From: Alphaproteobacteria bacterium
Lineage (GTDB): Bacteria; Pseudomonadota; Alphaproteobacteria; MPNO01
DNA: 64,000 nucleotides
Direction of reading: 5' to 3'
NCBI GenBank assembly: GCA_964291675.2
Contig: OZ219866.1
Coordinates: forward strand, 2,400,001 to 2,464,000
The notes beneath the pieces were generated by a model that ran no database searches, was not told the origin of the DNA, and saw only the letters and a program-made list of their open reading frames with translations. The translations under genes were made by a program, and so were the position numbers. The stretch's first letter is position 1. The number at the start of each line of letters is the position of its first letter. Below, one piece after another: positions 17,178 to 26,632 of this stretch.

Positions 17178-19613
17178 TCAGCCACGCAGCCTTGCGTTCT
17201 CCGGGTCGTGCGGGGATTCGGGGATCACGCGGGCGGGATGGCGCTTCCCCAAAATTTCGATTTCGAGCTCCGTTCCGACATCGCCGTGACCGCTGTCCAC
17301 GTAGCCGATGGCGAGCGACTTTTCGGTGAAATGGCCGTAGGCGCCCGCCGTCGCGCGACCGACCATGGCGTCGCCGCGCCATAGCGGCTCGTTGCCGATC
17401 GGATCGGCGTCCTCGATTTCGCCCACCTCGACGGTCACGAACTGCCTCGGCACGCCCTCGGCGCGCTGGCGTATCAGGGCGTCGCGGCCCACGAAGTCGC
17501 CCTTGTCGAGCGCCGCGAACCGGCCGAGCCCGGCCTCCAGGATGGTGTATTCGCGGGTCAGGTCCTGCGCCCACATGCGGTAGGACTTTTCGATCCTGAG
17601 CGAATCCATCGCCCGCATGCCGCACTGGCCGATATCGAACTCCGCGCCCGCGCGCATCAGCTCCAGGAATATGTGCCGCTGGTATTCCACCGGGTGGTGG
17701 ATCTCCCAGCCCAGCTCGCCGACGAAGTTGAGGCGCATCAGGCGCGCCGGCGCGAGCCCGACATGGGTGTGCCGCCCGGTCAGCCAGGGGAAGGACGCGC
17801 CGTCGAGATCGGCCTCGGCGATCTTCGCCATGACCGCCCTGGCGTTGGGGCCGGCGATGACCAGCGTCGCGTGCGAGGTGGTGAGGTTGTCGAGCCGGAC
17901 GCTGCCGTCGCCGGGCAGGTTCTTGGCCAGGTAGTCGCCGTCATAGCGCTCCGCCGCGCCGGAGCTGACGAGATAGAAGCTCTCCTCGCCGTCCCGCATC
18001 ACGGTGAACTCCGAACGCACCCCGCCGCGCGCGGTCAGCGCGTGCGACAAATTGACGCGCCCGACCGCCCGCGGCAGGCGGCGGCACAGCAGCCGGTCGA
18101 GCCAGGCTTCGGCGCCCGGCCCCGAGACGCGGAACTTGGAGAAGCTGGTGATGTCGACGATCCCGACATTCTCGCGCACGTTCCGGTGTTCCCGCGCGAC
18201 ATGCGGGAAATAGTTGGTTCGCCGGAAGCTCCAGACATCCGCCCGCTCGACCCCCTCCGGCGCGAACCAGTTGGGCCGCTCCCAGCCATAGCGCTGGCCC
18301 CAGACCGCGCCCATGCCGTCGAGCAGGTCGTGGATCGGGCTGGTCTTGGCGGGCCGCGCGGCGGGGCGTTCCTCGTCCGGGTAGTGGATGATGAAGACGT
18401 GCTCGTAGGCTTCTTCGTTCTTGGCCCTGACATAGGGCGTGTTGGCGTAGCCGCCGAACCTGCGCGGATCGACATCCATCATGTCGATCGACGGCTCGCC
18501 CTCGACGATCCATTCCGCGAGCTGCCAGCCGGCCCCGCCCGCTGCGGTGATGCCGAAGCTGTGGCCCTCGTTGAGCCACATATTGCGGAGATCCCAGGCC
18601 GGGCCGACCAGCGGGCTGCCGTCCGGCGTGTAGGCGATGGGGCCGTTGACGACGTCCTTGATCCCCGCCCGCTCGAAGCTCGGCACCCGGGCGATCGCCG
18701 CCTCCAGATGGGGCATCAGCCGGTCGAGGTCGCCGGGGAACAGGTCGCGCTCGAAGCTCTCCGGGACGCCGTCCCAGAAGCGGGCCGGCGCGCCTTTCTC
18801 GTAGGGCCCGAGGATGTAGCCCTGGCGTTCCTCCCTGAGATAGTAGGACGCGTCCGATTCGCGCAGCACCGCCATCTCCGGCAGGCCCTGGCGGTGCCGC
18901 TCGGCCAGCTCGGGCACCTCTTCGGTGACGATGTACTGGTGCTCCACCGGGATCGCCGGGATGTAGATCCCGAGCATCTGCGAGGTGTGCCAGCTGTAGT
19001 TGCCGGTCGCGCACACGACGTGCTCGCAGACGATGTCGCCGCGCGTCGTCCTGACCGTCCATTCGCCGCCGGGTCCCGGTTCCACCGCCGTGACCGGGGT
19101 ATCGCGGTAGATCTCCGCCCCCCGGTCGCGCGCGCCGATCGCCATCGCCTGGGTCACGTCGGCCGGCGCGATGTGGCCGTCATCGGGGTGGTAGAGCGCG
19201 CCGACCAGCCCCTCGATGTTGCAGAGCGGCCAGAGCTCGGCGATCTCCGCCGGGGTGACGATCTCGAAAGGCACGCCGATCGTGTTGGCGGTACCGCAAT
19301 ACTTGCGGTACTCGTCCATGCGCTCCTCGTTGGTGGCGAGCCGCAAATTGCCGGTCACGTGGAAGCTCACCTCTTGGCCGGTCTCCCCGGGCAGGGCCTT
19401 GTAGAGGTCGACCGAGTACTTGTGCAGCTGGCCCACGCCGTAGCTCATGTTGAACAGCGGCAAGAGGCCCGCGGCATGCCAGGTCGACCCGGCGGTGAGC
19501 TCGGTGCGCTCGCACAGCACCGAATCCGTCCAGCCCTTCTTCGCCAGGTGGTAGAGAGTCGAGACGCCGACCACCCCGCCGCCGATCACCACCGCCCGAG
19601 CATGTGTCTTCAA
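17178..19613 (-). CDS. Dimethylglycine/sarcosine dehydrogenase-like FAD-dependent oxidoreductase with GcvT domains
   Basis: VVIGGGVVG, GSTWHAAG (flavinylation His), YTPDG, YGWERPNWF, GELGWEI, DSLRIEK; TTG start with GGAGG SD. Confidence 0.92.
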   Translation of the reverse strand: MKTHARAVVIGGGVVGVSTLYHLAKKGWTDSVLCERTELTAGSTWHAAGLLPLFNMSYGVGQLHKYSVDLYKALPGETGQEVSFHVTGNLRLATNEERMDEYRKYCGTANTIGVPFEIVTPAEIAELWPLCNIEGLVGALYHPDDGHIAPADVTQAMAIGARDRGAEIYRDTPVTAVEPGPGGEWTVRTTRGDIVCEHVVCATGNYSWHTSQMLGIYIPAIPVEHQYIVTEEVPELAERHRQGLPEMAVLRESDASYYLREERQGYILGPYEKGAPARFWDGVPESFERDLFPGDLDRLMPHLEAAIARVPSFERAGIKDVVNGPIAYTPDGSPLVGPAWDLRNMWLNEGHSFGITAAGGAGWQLAEWIVEGEPSIDMMDVDPRRFGGYANTPYVRAKNEEAYEHVFIIHYPDEERPAARPAKTSPIHDLLDGMGAVWGQRYGWERPNWFAPEGVERADVWSFRRTNYFPHVAREHRNVRENVGIVDITSFSKFRVSGPGAEAWLDRLLCRRLPRAVGRVNLSHALTARGGVRSEFTVMRDGEESFYLVSSGAAERYDGDYLAKNLPGDGSVRLDNLTTSHATLVIAGPNARAVMAKIAEADLDGASFPWLTGRHTHVGLAPARLMRLNFVGELGWEIHHPVEYQRHIFLELMRAGAEFDIGQCGMRAMDSLRIEKSYRMWAQDLTREYTILEAGLGRFAALDKGDFVGRDALIRQRAEGVPRQFVTVEVGEIEDADPIGNEPLWRGDAMVGRATAGAYGHFTEKSLAIGYVDSGHGDVGTELEIEILGKRHPARVIPESPHDPENARLRG

Positions 19614-19763
19614 GGCTTCCTCCCCGGGCGGCGCGCGCCCCGACTCGAACCTGGATAGAGGTTGCGACCAACCGTCCCCGGACCCGCCGGGTAACGAGAC
19701 TTTTACCGGGGCGAAACGAAAAAAGCGATTGCGCGATCAAATGCAACGGTTGTAGCAATCCAG

Positions 19764-19820
19764 AGTGGAACCCTTCCCGTCGGCGACCCGAATCGCGGGC
19801 CCGCGGCAAGGGTGTCCACT
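19764..19820 (+). promoter_or_regulatory. Long imperfect hairpin in the divergent intergenic region upstream of the GcvT-family gene
   Basis: AGTGGA/TCCACT and ACCCTT/AAGGGT pairings enclosing a CCCG-aatcg-CGGG inner stem. Confidence 0.4.
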
Positions 19821-19864
19821 TTCGCAAATCGACGCTCGGCGCGTCGCCATGAAGGATCCTGCTG

Positions 19865-20098
19865 ATGGTGAATTATCAGGACACGGTCGACCGGTCCGAC
19901 CGCACGGTGCCGGTCAACCTGCACCAATCGGGGCCTGCCCCCACCGAGTTGCCGATCTCGACGCACGTCCGAAAATCGCCCTTGGTGAACTATCAGGACA
20001 CGGTCGACCAGTCCGACCGCAAGGTGCCGATCAACCTGCGCCAGTCGGGGCCCACCCCCACCGAGCTGCTGATCTCGACGCGTGTGCGAAAATCGCCC
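19865..20098 (+). repeat. 117-bp in-frame tandem duplication (2 copies)
   Basis: 19865-19981 versus 19982-20098: 14 substitutions and no indels by manual alignment. Confidence 0.95.
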
Positions 20099-21286
20099 TT
20101 CTGGCACCTGTCGCACGAGGCGGGATGCTGGCGCGCCACGGTCTATAACCGGATCTATCACCCGCGCGGCTATGTCAGGCCCGAGGACGGCGGCGCGATG
20201 GTCGAGTACCGGGCGCTGGTCGACCACGTGACGCTGTGGAACGTGGCGGTGGAGCGCCAGATCCGTGTCGCCGGACCCGACGCCGAGGCCTTCGTCAACT
20301 ACGTCATCACGCGGGACGCGACCCGTATCCAGCCGATGAAGGGCAAGTACGTGATCCTGTGCAACGAGCAGGGCGGGATCCTCAACGATCCGGTGCTGCT
20401 GCGCCTGTCGGAGGACGAGTTCTGGTTCAGCCTGTCGGACTCCGACATCATGTTCTGGCTGCAGGGCGTGAACGTCGGCATGAAGGCCGATGTGGAGATC
20501 GACGAGATCGACGTCTGCCCGTTGCAGATCCAGGGACCCAAATCGGCCGATCTGATGGCCGACCTGGTCGGCGACGAGGTCCGCGACCTGCCCTCCTACG
20601 GCCTCATGGAGGCGCGGGTGGCGGGCTGCGACGTCGTCGTGTCGCAGACCGGGTTCACCGGCGAGAAGGGCTACGAGTTCTATTTGCGCGATGCGACGCT
20701 CGACGCCGAGAAGCTGTGGAACGCCATCCTGGAGGCGGGCAAGGCGCACAACCTGATGGTGATCGCGCCCGCGCATCACCGCCGCATCGCCGCCGGCATC
20801 CTGTCCTGGGGCCAGGACATGGACGCCGAGACCCTGCCGTTCCAGTGCAATCTCGGCTACCAGGTGCCGCGCCTCAAGGAGGCCGACTATATCGGCAAGG
20901 CACGGCTCGAAGAGATCCGCGCCCAGACCGAAGCCGGCAGCCCCCCGTTCAGGCTGACGCTGGTGGGGCTGGTGCTCGGCGGCAAGCCGATCGAGGACTA
21001 CGCGCCCGACTTCTGGCTGATCTCGGGGTCCGAGGGCGGCGAGCCGGTGGGCTACGTCACCTCGCCCTGGTATTCGCCGGAGCTCGGGACCAACATCGCG
21101 ATGGGCTACGTCCCCTGCGCCATGGCGGAGCTGGAGACCCGCGTCAAAATCTGGCTGCCGGAGCAGTACAGCCCGGAACCGGGCCGGCCGGTGGATGGCC
21201 GGGTCGTCGAAATGCCCTTCCGGCCCTCGGTGAACCCCAACGCGCGGGAGATCGCGCGCGCCAAGGGGCGCGACTCCGCCCTTTGA
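19865..21286 (+). CDS. GcvT/DmdA-family aminomethyltransferase (THF-dependent demethylase-like) with a duplicated N-terminus
   Basis: LWNVAVERQI, GGILNDP, IQGPKS, QTGFTGEKGYE, RRIAAGILSWG, VTSPWYSP. Confidence 0.9.
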   Translation: MVNYQDTVDRSDRTVPVNLHQSGPAPTELPISTHVRKSPLVNYQDTVDQSDRKVPINLRQSGPTPTELLISTRVRKSPFWHLSHEAGCWRATVYNRIYHPRGYVRPEDGGAMVEYRALVDHVTLWNVAVERQIRVAGPDAEAFVNYVITRDATRIQPMKGKYVILCNEQGGILNDPVLLRLSEDEFWFSLSDSDIMFWLQGVNVGMKADVEIDEIDVCPLQIQGPKSADLMADLVGDEVRDLPSYGLMEARVAGCDVVVSQTGFTGEKGYEFYLRDATLDAEKLWNAILEAGKAHNLMVIAPAHHRRIAAGILSWGQDMDAETLPFQCNLGYQVPRLKEADYIGKARLEEIRAQTEAGSPPFRLTLVGLVLGGKPIEDYAPDFWLISGSEGGEPVGYVTSPWYSPELGTNIAMGYVPCAMAELETRVKIWLPEQYSPEPGRPVDGRVVEMPFRPSVNPNAREIARAKGRDSAL

Positions 21287-21348
21287 CCCGCGGCCGACGG
21301 GCCAACCTGCCGGCCGGAGGTTTTGTTGCCGGCCGGGGCGGGCTATGT

Positions 21349-21364
21349 TGTTGCGATCGCAACA
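21349..21364. promoter_or_regulatory. Perfect 16-bp palindrome TGTTGCGATCGCAACA abutting the tctC SD (operator candidate)
   Basis: Exact inverted repeat directly followed by GGAGGG and ATG 21376. Confidence 0.5.
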
Positions 21365-21375
21365 GGAGGGTCCAG

Positions 21376-22473
21376 ATGCCCGTACAGCACGAGCTTGCGC
21401 GTTACCTTGCCGGCGGCCTCGTCGCCGCATCGGCGGCTGCCCTGCCGGTTTCGGTCCAGGCCGACATGTCGGGCAAGACCGTCACATGGGTGATTCCGTT
21501 CTCCGAGACCGGCGGCTCGGCCAAATGGGCCAACTTCTTCGCGCCGCTGCTCAAGGAGGCGCTGCCGGGCAAGCCCACCGTGGTGGTGAAATTCATGCCC
21601 GGCGCCGGCTCGACCAAGGGCGCCAACTGGTTCCAGAGGCAGAAGCACAAGGACGGCACGCTGCTCTTCGGCTCGTCCGGCTCGACCCAGTTCCCCTACC
21701 TGCTCGGCGACCGGCGGGTGCGCTACGAGTACAAGGACTGGAACCCGGTCATGGCGACCGGCACCGGCGGCGTCGCCTATCTCGACAAGGAGAGCGGCGC
21801 GAAGTTCGACGGCACGGCCAACAAGCTCAAGGACATCGAGTTCATCTACGGCTCCCAGGGCGCGACCCGGCTCGACCTGGTGCCGCTGCTCGCCTGGCGG
21901 ATGCTGGGCATGAAGGTGGAGCCGGTCTTCGGCATCAAGGGCCGCGGCGACGGCCGGCTGATGTTCGAGCGTGGCGAGGCCAATATCGACTACCAGACCT
22001 CCTCGGCCTATCTCTCCGGCTCGATGCCGCTGGTCAAAGCCGGCACCGCGGTACCGATGATGTCGTGGGGCGCGCTGGACGCGAACGGCGATATCGTGCG
22101 CGACCCGACCTTCCCCGACATCGCGACCTTCAAGGAGGTCTGCGAGGCGACCGACGGCTGCGCGACCAGGGGCGACGCCTGGGACGCGTGGAAGGCGTTC
22201 TTCGTCGCCGGCTTCCCGTCGCAGAAGATCGCCTTCCTGCCCCGCGGCACGCCGCAGGACGTGATCGACACCTATGTCACCGCGTTCAACAAGGTGAAGG
22301 CCCGGCCGGACTTCGCCAAAATCTCGGCCAAGCGGGTGGGCAAGTACCCGATGTTCGTGGGCGACGGCGCCAGGGCGGCGCTCGGGACCGCGACATCCGT
22401 GCCGGAAAAGGCCAAGGCGTTCGTGGTCGGCTGGCTGAAGGAAGCCTACGGCGTGACGCTCAAGAAGAAGTGA
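21376..22473 (+). CDS. tctC: Tripartite tricarboxylate transporter substrate-binding protein (TctC-like)
   Basis: Signal peptide; WVIPFSETGGS, MPGAGSTKGAN, DGTLLFG; AGGAGG SD; adjacent to tctA. Confidence 0.85.
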   Translation: MPVQHELARYLAGGLVAASAAALPVSVQADMSGKTVTWVIPFSETGGSAKWANFFAPLLKEALPGKPTVVVKFMPGAGSTKGANWFQRQKHKDGTLLFGSSGSTQFPYLLGDRRVRYEYKDWNPVMATGTGGVAYLDKESGAKFDGTANKLKDIEFIYGSQGATRLDLVPLLAWRMLGMKVEPVFGIKGRGDGRLMFERGEANIDYQTSSAYLSGSMPLVKAGTAVPMMSWGALDANGDIVRDPTFPDIATFKEVCEATDGCATRGDAWDAWKAFFVAGFPSQKIAFLPRGTPQDVIDTYVTAFNKVKARPDFAKISAKRVGKYPMFVGDGARAALGTATSVPEKAKAFVVGWLKEAYGVTLKKK

Positions 22474-22520
22474 TGCGCCTCCCCGCCTAGGGAACGCCCT
22501 TCGGGCTGGAGGAAGGGGTC

Positions 22521-24551
22521 ATGGAATTCCTGACCGCGGCGCTGCCGGCGCTGGGCGAAGCCGCGGGCCTGATCCTCCAGCCCGTCGTTCTCGGCTACCT
22601 GGTGCTCGGCGTGGTCATGGGCCTCGCCATCGGGGTATTTCCCGGGCTCGGCGGGATCGCCGGGCTCTCGCTGCTGCTGCCCTTCATGTTCGGCATGGAG
22701 CCGGTGCTCGGCCTCGCGCTGATGATCGGCATGGTGGCCGTGGTGCCGACCTCCGATACCTTCGCCTCTGTGCTGATGGGCATCCCCGGCTCGTCGGCGT
22801 CCCAGGCGACGGTGCTGGACGGCTTCCCCATGGCGCGCAAGGGCGAGGCGGCGCGGGCGCTGTCCGCCGCCTTCGCCTCCTCGCTGTTCGGCGGGCTGGT
22901 CGGCGCCGCCTTCCTCACCGTGTTCATCCTCGCCGCGCGTCCGGTGGTGCTCGCCTTCGGCCTGCCGGAAATGCTGATGGTGACGATCCTCGGGCTCTCC
23001 ATGGTGGCGATCCTGGCCGGGCGGATCGCGCTCAAGGGGCTCGCCGCGGCCGGGCTCGGGCTGATGATCGGCACCATCGGCGAGGCGGATGCGGGCGGCA
23101 GCCTGCGCATGGCGACCTACGACATCCCCTATCTCACCGACGGGCTGAAGCTGGTGATCGTCGGCCTCGGCATCTTCGCCATCCCCGAGATCGTCTCGCT
23201 GCTGCGCCAGGACAAGTCGATATCCCGCACGGCGACGCTCGGCGGCGGCTGGCTCGACGGCGTGCGGGACTGGTTCGCCAATATCTGGCTGTCGATCCGC
23301 TGTTCGATGATCGGCGTCACCGTCGGCGTGATCCCCGGTCTCGGCGGCTCGGTGGTGGACTGGATCGCCTACGGCCACGCGGTGCAGACCACCCGGGACA
23401 AGTCGCAATTCGGCAAGGGCGAGGTGCGCGGCATCGTCGGGCCCGAAAGCTCGAACAACGCCAAGGAAGGCGGCGGGCTGGTGCCGACGCTGCTGTTCGG
23501 CATCCCCGGCTCGGGCTCGATGGCGGTGTTCATCGGTGCGGTGGCGCTGCTCGGATCGGGCGATATCGAGGTCGGGCCGTCGATGCTGAAGAACAACCTC
23601 GACATCACCTATTCCATCGTCTGGCTGCTGGCGCTCGCCAACGTGGTGGGCACCCTGCTTTGTATCGCCTCCTCCGGCGGGATCGCCCGGTTGACCACCA
23701 TCCGCTTTACCCTGGTCGCGCCGTTCCTGTTCATGCTGATCGCCTTCGCCGCCTTCCAGTCGGGCCAGGACCTGTTCGATCTGGTGGCGCTGTTCGCGAT
23801 CGGCCTGATCGGGATCTTCCTCCGCCGCTTCGACTGGTCGCGCCCCGCCTTCCTGATCGGCTTCGTGCTGTCGAACCCGGCCGAGACTTTTACCAACCAG
23901 GCCTACCAGATCGCGGCCAGCCGTTTCCGCAGGGGTTTCGAGGAAGGTATCGAGTACATATTCAGCCCCATCGTCATCGTGCTCCTGGTCGTGACCGCGG
24001 TTTCCATCTTCTTCGGCATCCGCCAGGCCAGGACGATCCAGGCCGAGGGCGACGTCCGGTCGGGCACCAAGCGGGCGCCGCTGGTCTTCCTGCTGCTGTT
24101 CACCGCCTATCTGGCGATCGCCGTCGTCGACGCCTCGACGATCCCGGACGACGCGTTCACCGACAAGGTGTTCCCGCTGGCGATCGGCGGCATCTCCGTG
24201 CTGTGCTGCCTGCTCCTGCTGTTTCGCATGATGACCCGGCCCGAGACGGACACCATCTTCGCCGACAAGGAGGTTTCCGGGGACGATGCCGAGGCCGCGC
24301 ACGGGCTGTGGCCCACCCTGGCCTGGTTCGGCGGGCTGCTGGTGCTGAGCGCGGTGTTCGGCTTCGTCATCGCCCTGGCGGTGTTCCTGCTTGCCTTCTT
24401 CCGGCTGCGCGCGGGGCTCGAATGGGGCAGGGCCGCGATCCTCGCCGCCTGCGGCATCGCCTTCATGTGCCTGGTGGCTGGCTTGCTCAACCGGGATTTT
24501 CCGCCGGGTCTGCTGCAGTCCCTGGTCGAGCTTCCCTGGCCGCTGACCTAG
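22521..24551 (+). CDS. tctA: Tripartite tricarboxylate transporter permease, TctA with fused TctB-like C-terminus
   Basis: GVFPGLGG, GIPGSS..ATVLDGFP, GPESSNNA..VPTLLFGIPG; about 160 extra hydrophobic C-terminal residues. Confidence 0.9.
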   Translation: MEFLTAALPALGEAAGLILQPVVLGYLVLGVVMGLAIGVFPGLGGIAGLSLLLPFMFGMEPVLGLALMIGMVAVVPTSDTFASVLMGIPGSSASQATVLDGFPMARKGEAARALSAAFASSLFGGLVGAAFLTVFILAARPVVLAFGLPEMLMVTILGLSMVAILAGRIALKGLAAAGLGLMIGTIGEADAGGSLRMATYDIPYLTDGLKLVIVGLGIFAIPEIVSLLRQDKSISRTATLGGGWLDGVRDWFANIWLSIRCSMIGVTVGVIPGLGGSVVDWIAYGHAVQTTRDKSQFGKGEVRGIVGPESSNNAKEGGGLVPTLLFGIPGSGSMAVFIGAVALLGSGDIEVGPSMLKNNLDITYSIVWLLALANVVGTLLCIASSGGIARLTTIRFTLVAPFLFMLIAFAAFQSGQDLFDLVALFAIGLIGIFLRRFDWSRPAFLIGFVLSNPAETFTNQAYQIAASRFRRGFEEGIEYIFSPIVIVLLVVTAVSIFFGIRQARTIQAEGDVRSGTKRAPLVFLLLFTAYLAIAVVDASTIPDDAFTDKVFPLAIGGISVLCCLLLLFRMMTRPETDTIFADKEVSGDDAEAAHGLWPTLAWFGGLLVLSAVFGFVIALAVFLLAFFRLRAGLEWGRAAILAACGIAFMCLVAGLLNRDFPPGLLQSLVELPWPLT

Positions 24552-24558
24552 CGGGCGC

Positions 24559-25689
24559 CTACAGCAGCTCCCGGTAGACCGCGAGCGTCCGTTCGCACAT
24601 CAGCGAGCGGGTGAAACGGCTCGTCACATGGGCGCGCGCCCTGGCCGCGAGAGCGGGTCCGGCGGCGGCCAGGGCCTGGCGGATGCCCTCGGCCAGCGCG
24701 GCGGGATCGCCCGGCGGAACCAGCCACCCGGTCTCCCCCTGTAGCAGGATTTCGCGCGCCGCCCCGAGGTCGCTGGACACCACCGGCAGGCCCATGGCGC
24801 CGGCCTCGGCCAGCACCCGGCCGAAGGACTCCGGCCGGACGGACGCCGGGGCCACGACGTCGCTCGCCGCGTAGGCCGTCGCCATATCGTCGGTTTCCCC
24901 GGCGAAGCGCACCGGCAGCCCGCGCGCCAGTTGCTCGAGTTCCCGCCTATGGGTCTCGCGGCCCTTGTCCGAACCCACGAACACCGCCACCGGCCCCGCA
25001 TCGGCGGGCGCGAGCCGGCGCATCGCTTCGATCAGCACCGCATGGCCCTTGCGGTGGGCGTATCTGCCCGGCAACAGCACCACGCGCGCGGTCTCCGGGA
25101 CTCCCCACGCCGCACGCATCGCAGCCTTGTCGCGGGGACGAACCGCGCCGGGGTCCAGGACGTCCGTGTCGATGCCCTGGTGGACCACCCGGATGCGCGC
25201 CGGCGGACAGGCGTAGAGCTCCTTCATATGCCCTGCGGCGTAGTCGGAGACGGCGATCACCAGGTCGCCCCGGACCATGATCCGGTTGTAGGCGCGCTTG
25301 GCGGCGTTGCCGACGCCATAGATGCTGTGGAAGGTCGTGACGAATGGCACCCCGGCGCGACGGGCGGCCGCCCGGGCGCTCCATGCCGGGGCGCGCGAAT
25401 GGGCATGGACGAGATCCACGCCTTCCCGTCCGATCAGCGCGCTCAGCCGGGCCGCGTTGCGCCACATCCCGAAAGGGTTCTTGCTGTGGACGGGCAGGCG
25501 TATGTGGTCCGTCCCGAGATGCGCCGCCAACCGTCCGCCGGAGGAAGCGACCAGGGCGCGCGCCCCGGCGTCGCGCAGCGCGGCGGCAACGTCCAACGTA
25601 CCGCGCTCGGCACCGCCCGCTTCGAGCGCGGGGAGGACGTGGAGAACGGTCTTGCCCTTTAGCCGGGATCTGGTGGTCGACGGGCTCAT
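24559..25689 (-). CDS. Glycosyltransferase family 4
   Basis: VLPALEAGGAERG, HAHSRAPAW, KGH, ESFGRVLAEA. Start approximate. Confidence 0.9.
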   Translation of the reverse strand: MSPSTTRSRLKGKTVLHVLPALEAGGAERGTLDVAAALRDAGARALVASSGGRLAAHLGTDHIRLPVHSKNPFGMWRNAARLSALIGREGVDLVHAHSRAPAWSARAAARRAGVPFVTTFHSIYGVGNAAKRAYNRIMVRGDLVIAVSDYAAGHMKELYACPPARIRVVHQGIDTDVLDPGAVRPRDKAAMRAAWGVPETARVVLLPGRYAHRKGHAVLIEAMRRLAPADAGPVAVFVGSDKGRETHRRELEQLARGLPVRFAGETDDMATAYAASDVVAPASVRPESFGRVLAEAGAMGLPVVSSDLGAAREILLQGETGWLVPPGDPAALAEGIRQALAAAGPALAARARAHVTSRFTRSLMCERTLAVYRELL

Positions 25690-25840
25690 CGAGGCCGGGA
25701 AAATCCGCAAACCTGCCGTCGATGTAAAGGGGGAATGCAACGATGACTCCGCAGAACCTGCCTGGCGCCGAATTCGTTGATCGTCCGCCCCCTCCCGGCT
25801 AGCCTTCGCGCCAGGGTTTCGACCGGCAGGGCGCACGACC

Positions 25841-26632
25841 ATGAAGCTCACAAGCGACCAGATCCACCGGTTCCACGAGACCGGCTACCTGATGCTGCCC
25901 AACCTGTTCTCCGCCGACGAGGCGGAGATCCTGCGCCGGGCCGCCGCCGAGGTCTACGCGATGGACCGCGAGGAGGTGGTGCGCGAGAAGGACGGCACCT
26001 CGCCGCGCACCGCGTTCGCCGCGCATGGCTACCACGACGCGTTCCGGCGGCTCGGCCGCCATCCGCGGCTGATCGGCCCGGTCATGCAGCTCCTCGGCGG
26101 GCCGGTCTACATGCACCAGTACAAGGTCAACGCCAAGGTCGCCTTCGACGGCGACGTCTGGCAGTGGCACCAGGACTACGGCACCTGGTCGCGCGACGAC
26201 CTGATGCCGGAAGCCCGGGCCATGAACATCGCGCTGTTCGTCGACGAGGTGAGCGAATTCAACGGCCCGCTGTGGATCATCCCCGGCTCGCATCGCGACG
26301 GCGTGTTCGAGGCCGGCCACGACCTCCAGACCACCAGCTATCCGCTGTGGACGCTGGACAAGGCCACGGTCGCCGAGCTCGCCAACCGCGGCGGGATCTA
26401 CTCGGCCAAGGGCGAGGCCGGCACCGTGCTGATGTTCCACGGCAACATCGTGCACGCCTCCTCGCCCAACCTGTCGCCCTGGGGCCGGACCATCGTCTAT
26501 CTGTCGCTGTGCCATGTGGACAACCACATCCGGCGCTTCAAGCGGCCCGCATGGATCGCCCATCGCGATTTCGCTCCCATCGAGCCGTTGCCCGACGACT
26601 GCCTGTTGGCGGCGGTCCCGGGGGCGGCGTGA
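25841..26632 (+). CDS. PhyH-family Fe(II)/2-oxoglutarate dioxygenase, ectoine/proline hydroxylase-like
   Basis: HQYKVNAK..WQWHQDYGTW..DD.MP, NGPL..IPGSH, VHASSPN...R. Confidence 0.88.
   Translation: MKLTSDQIHRFHETGYLMLPNLFSADEAEILRRAAAEVYAMDREEVVREKDGTSPRTAFAAHGYHDAFRRLGRHPRLIGPVMQLLGGPVYMHQYKVNAKVAFDGDVWQWHQDYGTWSRDDLMPEARAMNIALFVDEVSEFNGPLWIIPGSHRDGVFEAGHDLQTTSYPLWTLDKATVAELANRGGIYSAKGEAGTVLMFHGNIVHASSPNLSPWGRTIVYLSLCHVDNHIRRFKRPAWIAHRDFAPIEPLPDDCLLAAVPGAA

Noticed and set aside
19625-19670. Minus-strand CCAGGTTCGAGTC resembling a tRNA T-loop
   Set aside because: The T-stem does not pair and no cloverleaf can be formed
19865-20098. Repeat pair as a DGR template/variable repeat
   Set aside because: Mismatches are not adenine-specific (4 of 14 at A in either copy) and there is no reverse transcriptase in the window
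25841-26632. Calling this gene ectD
   Set aside because: The signature deviates from EctD and there is no ectoine synthesis context
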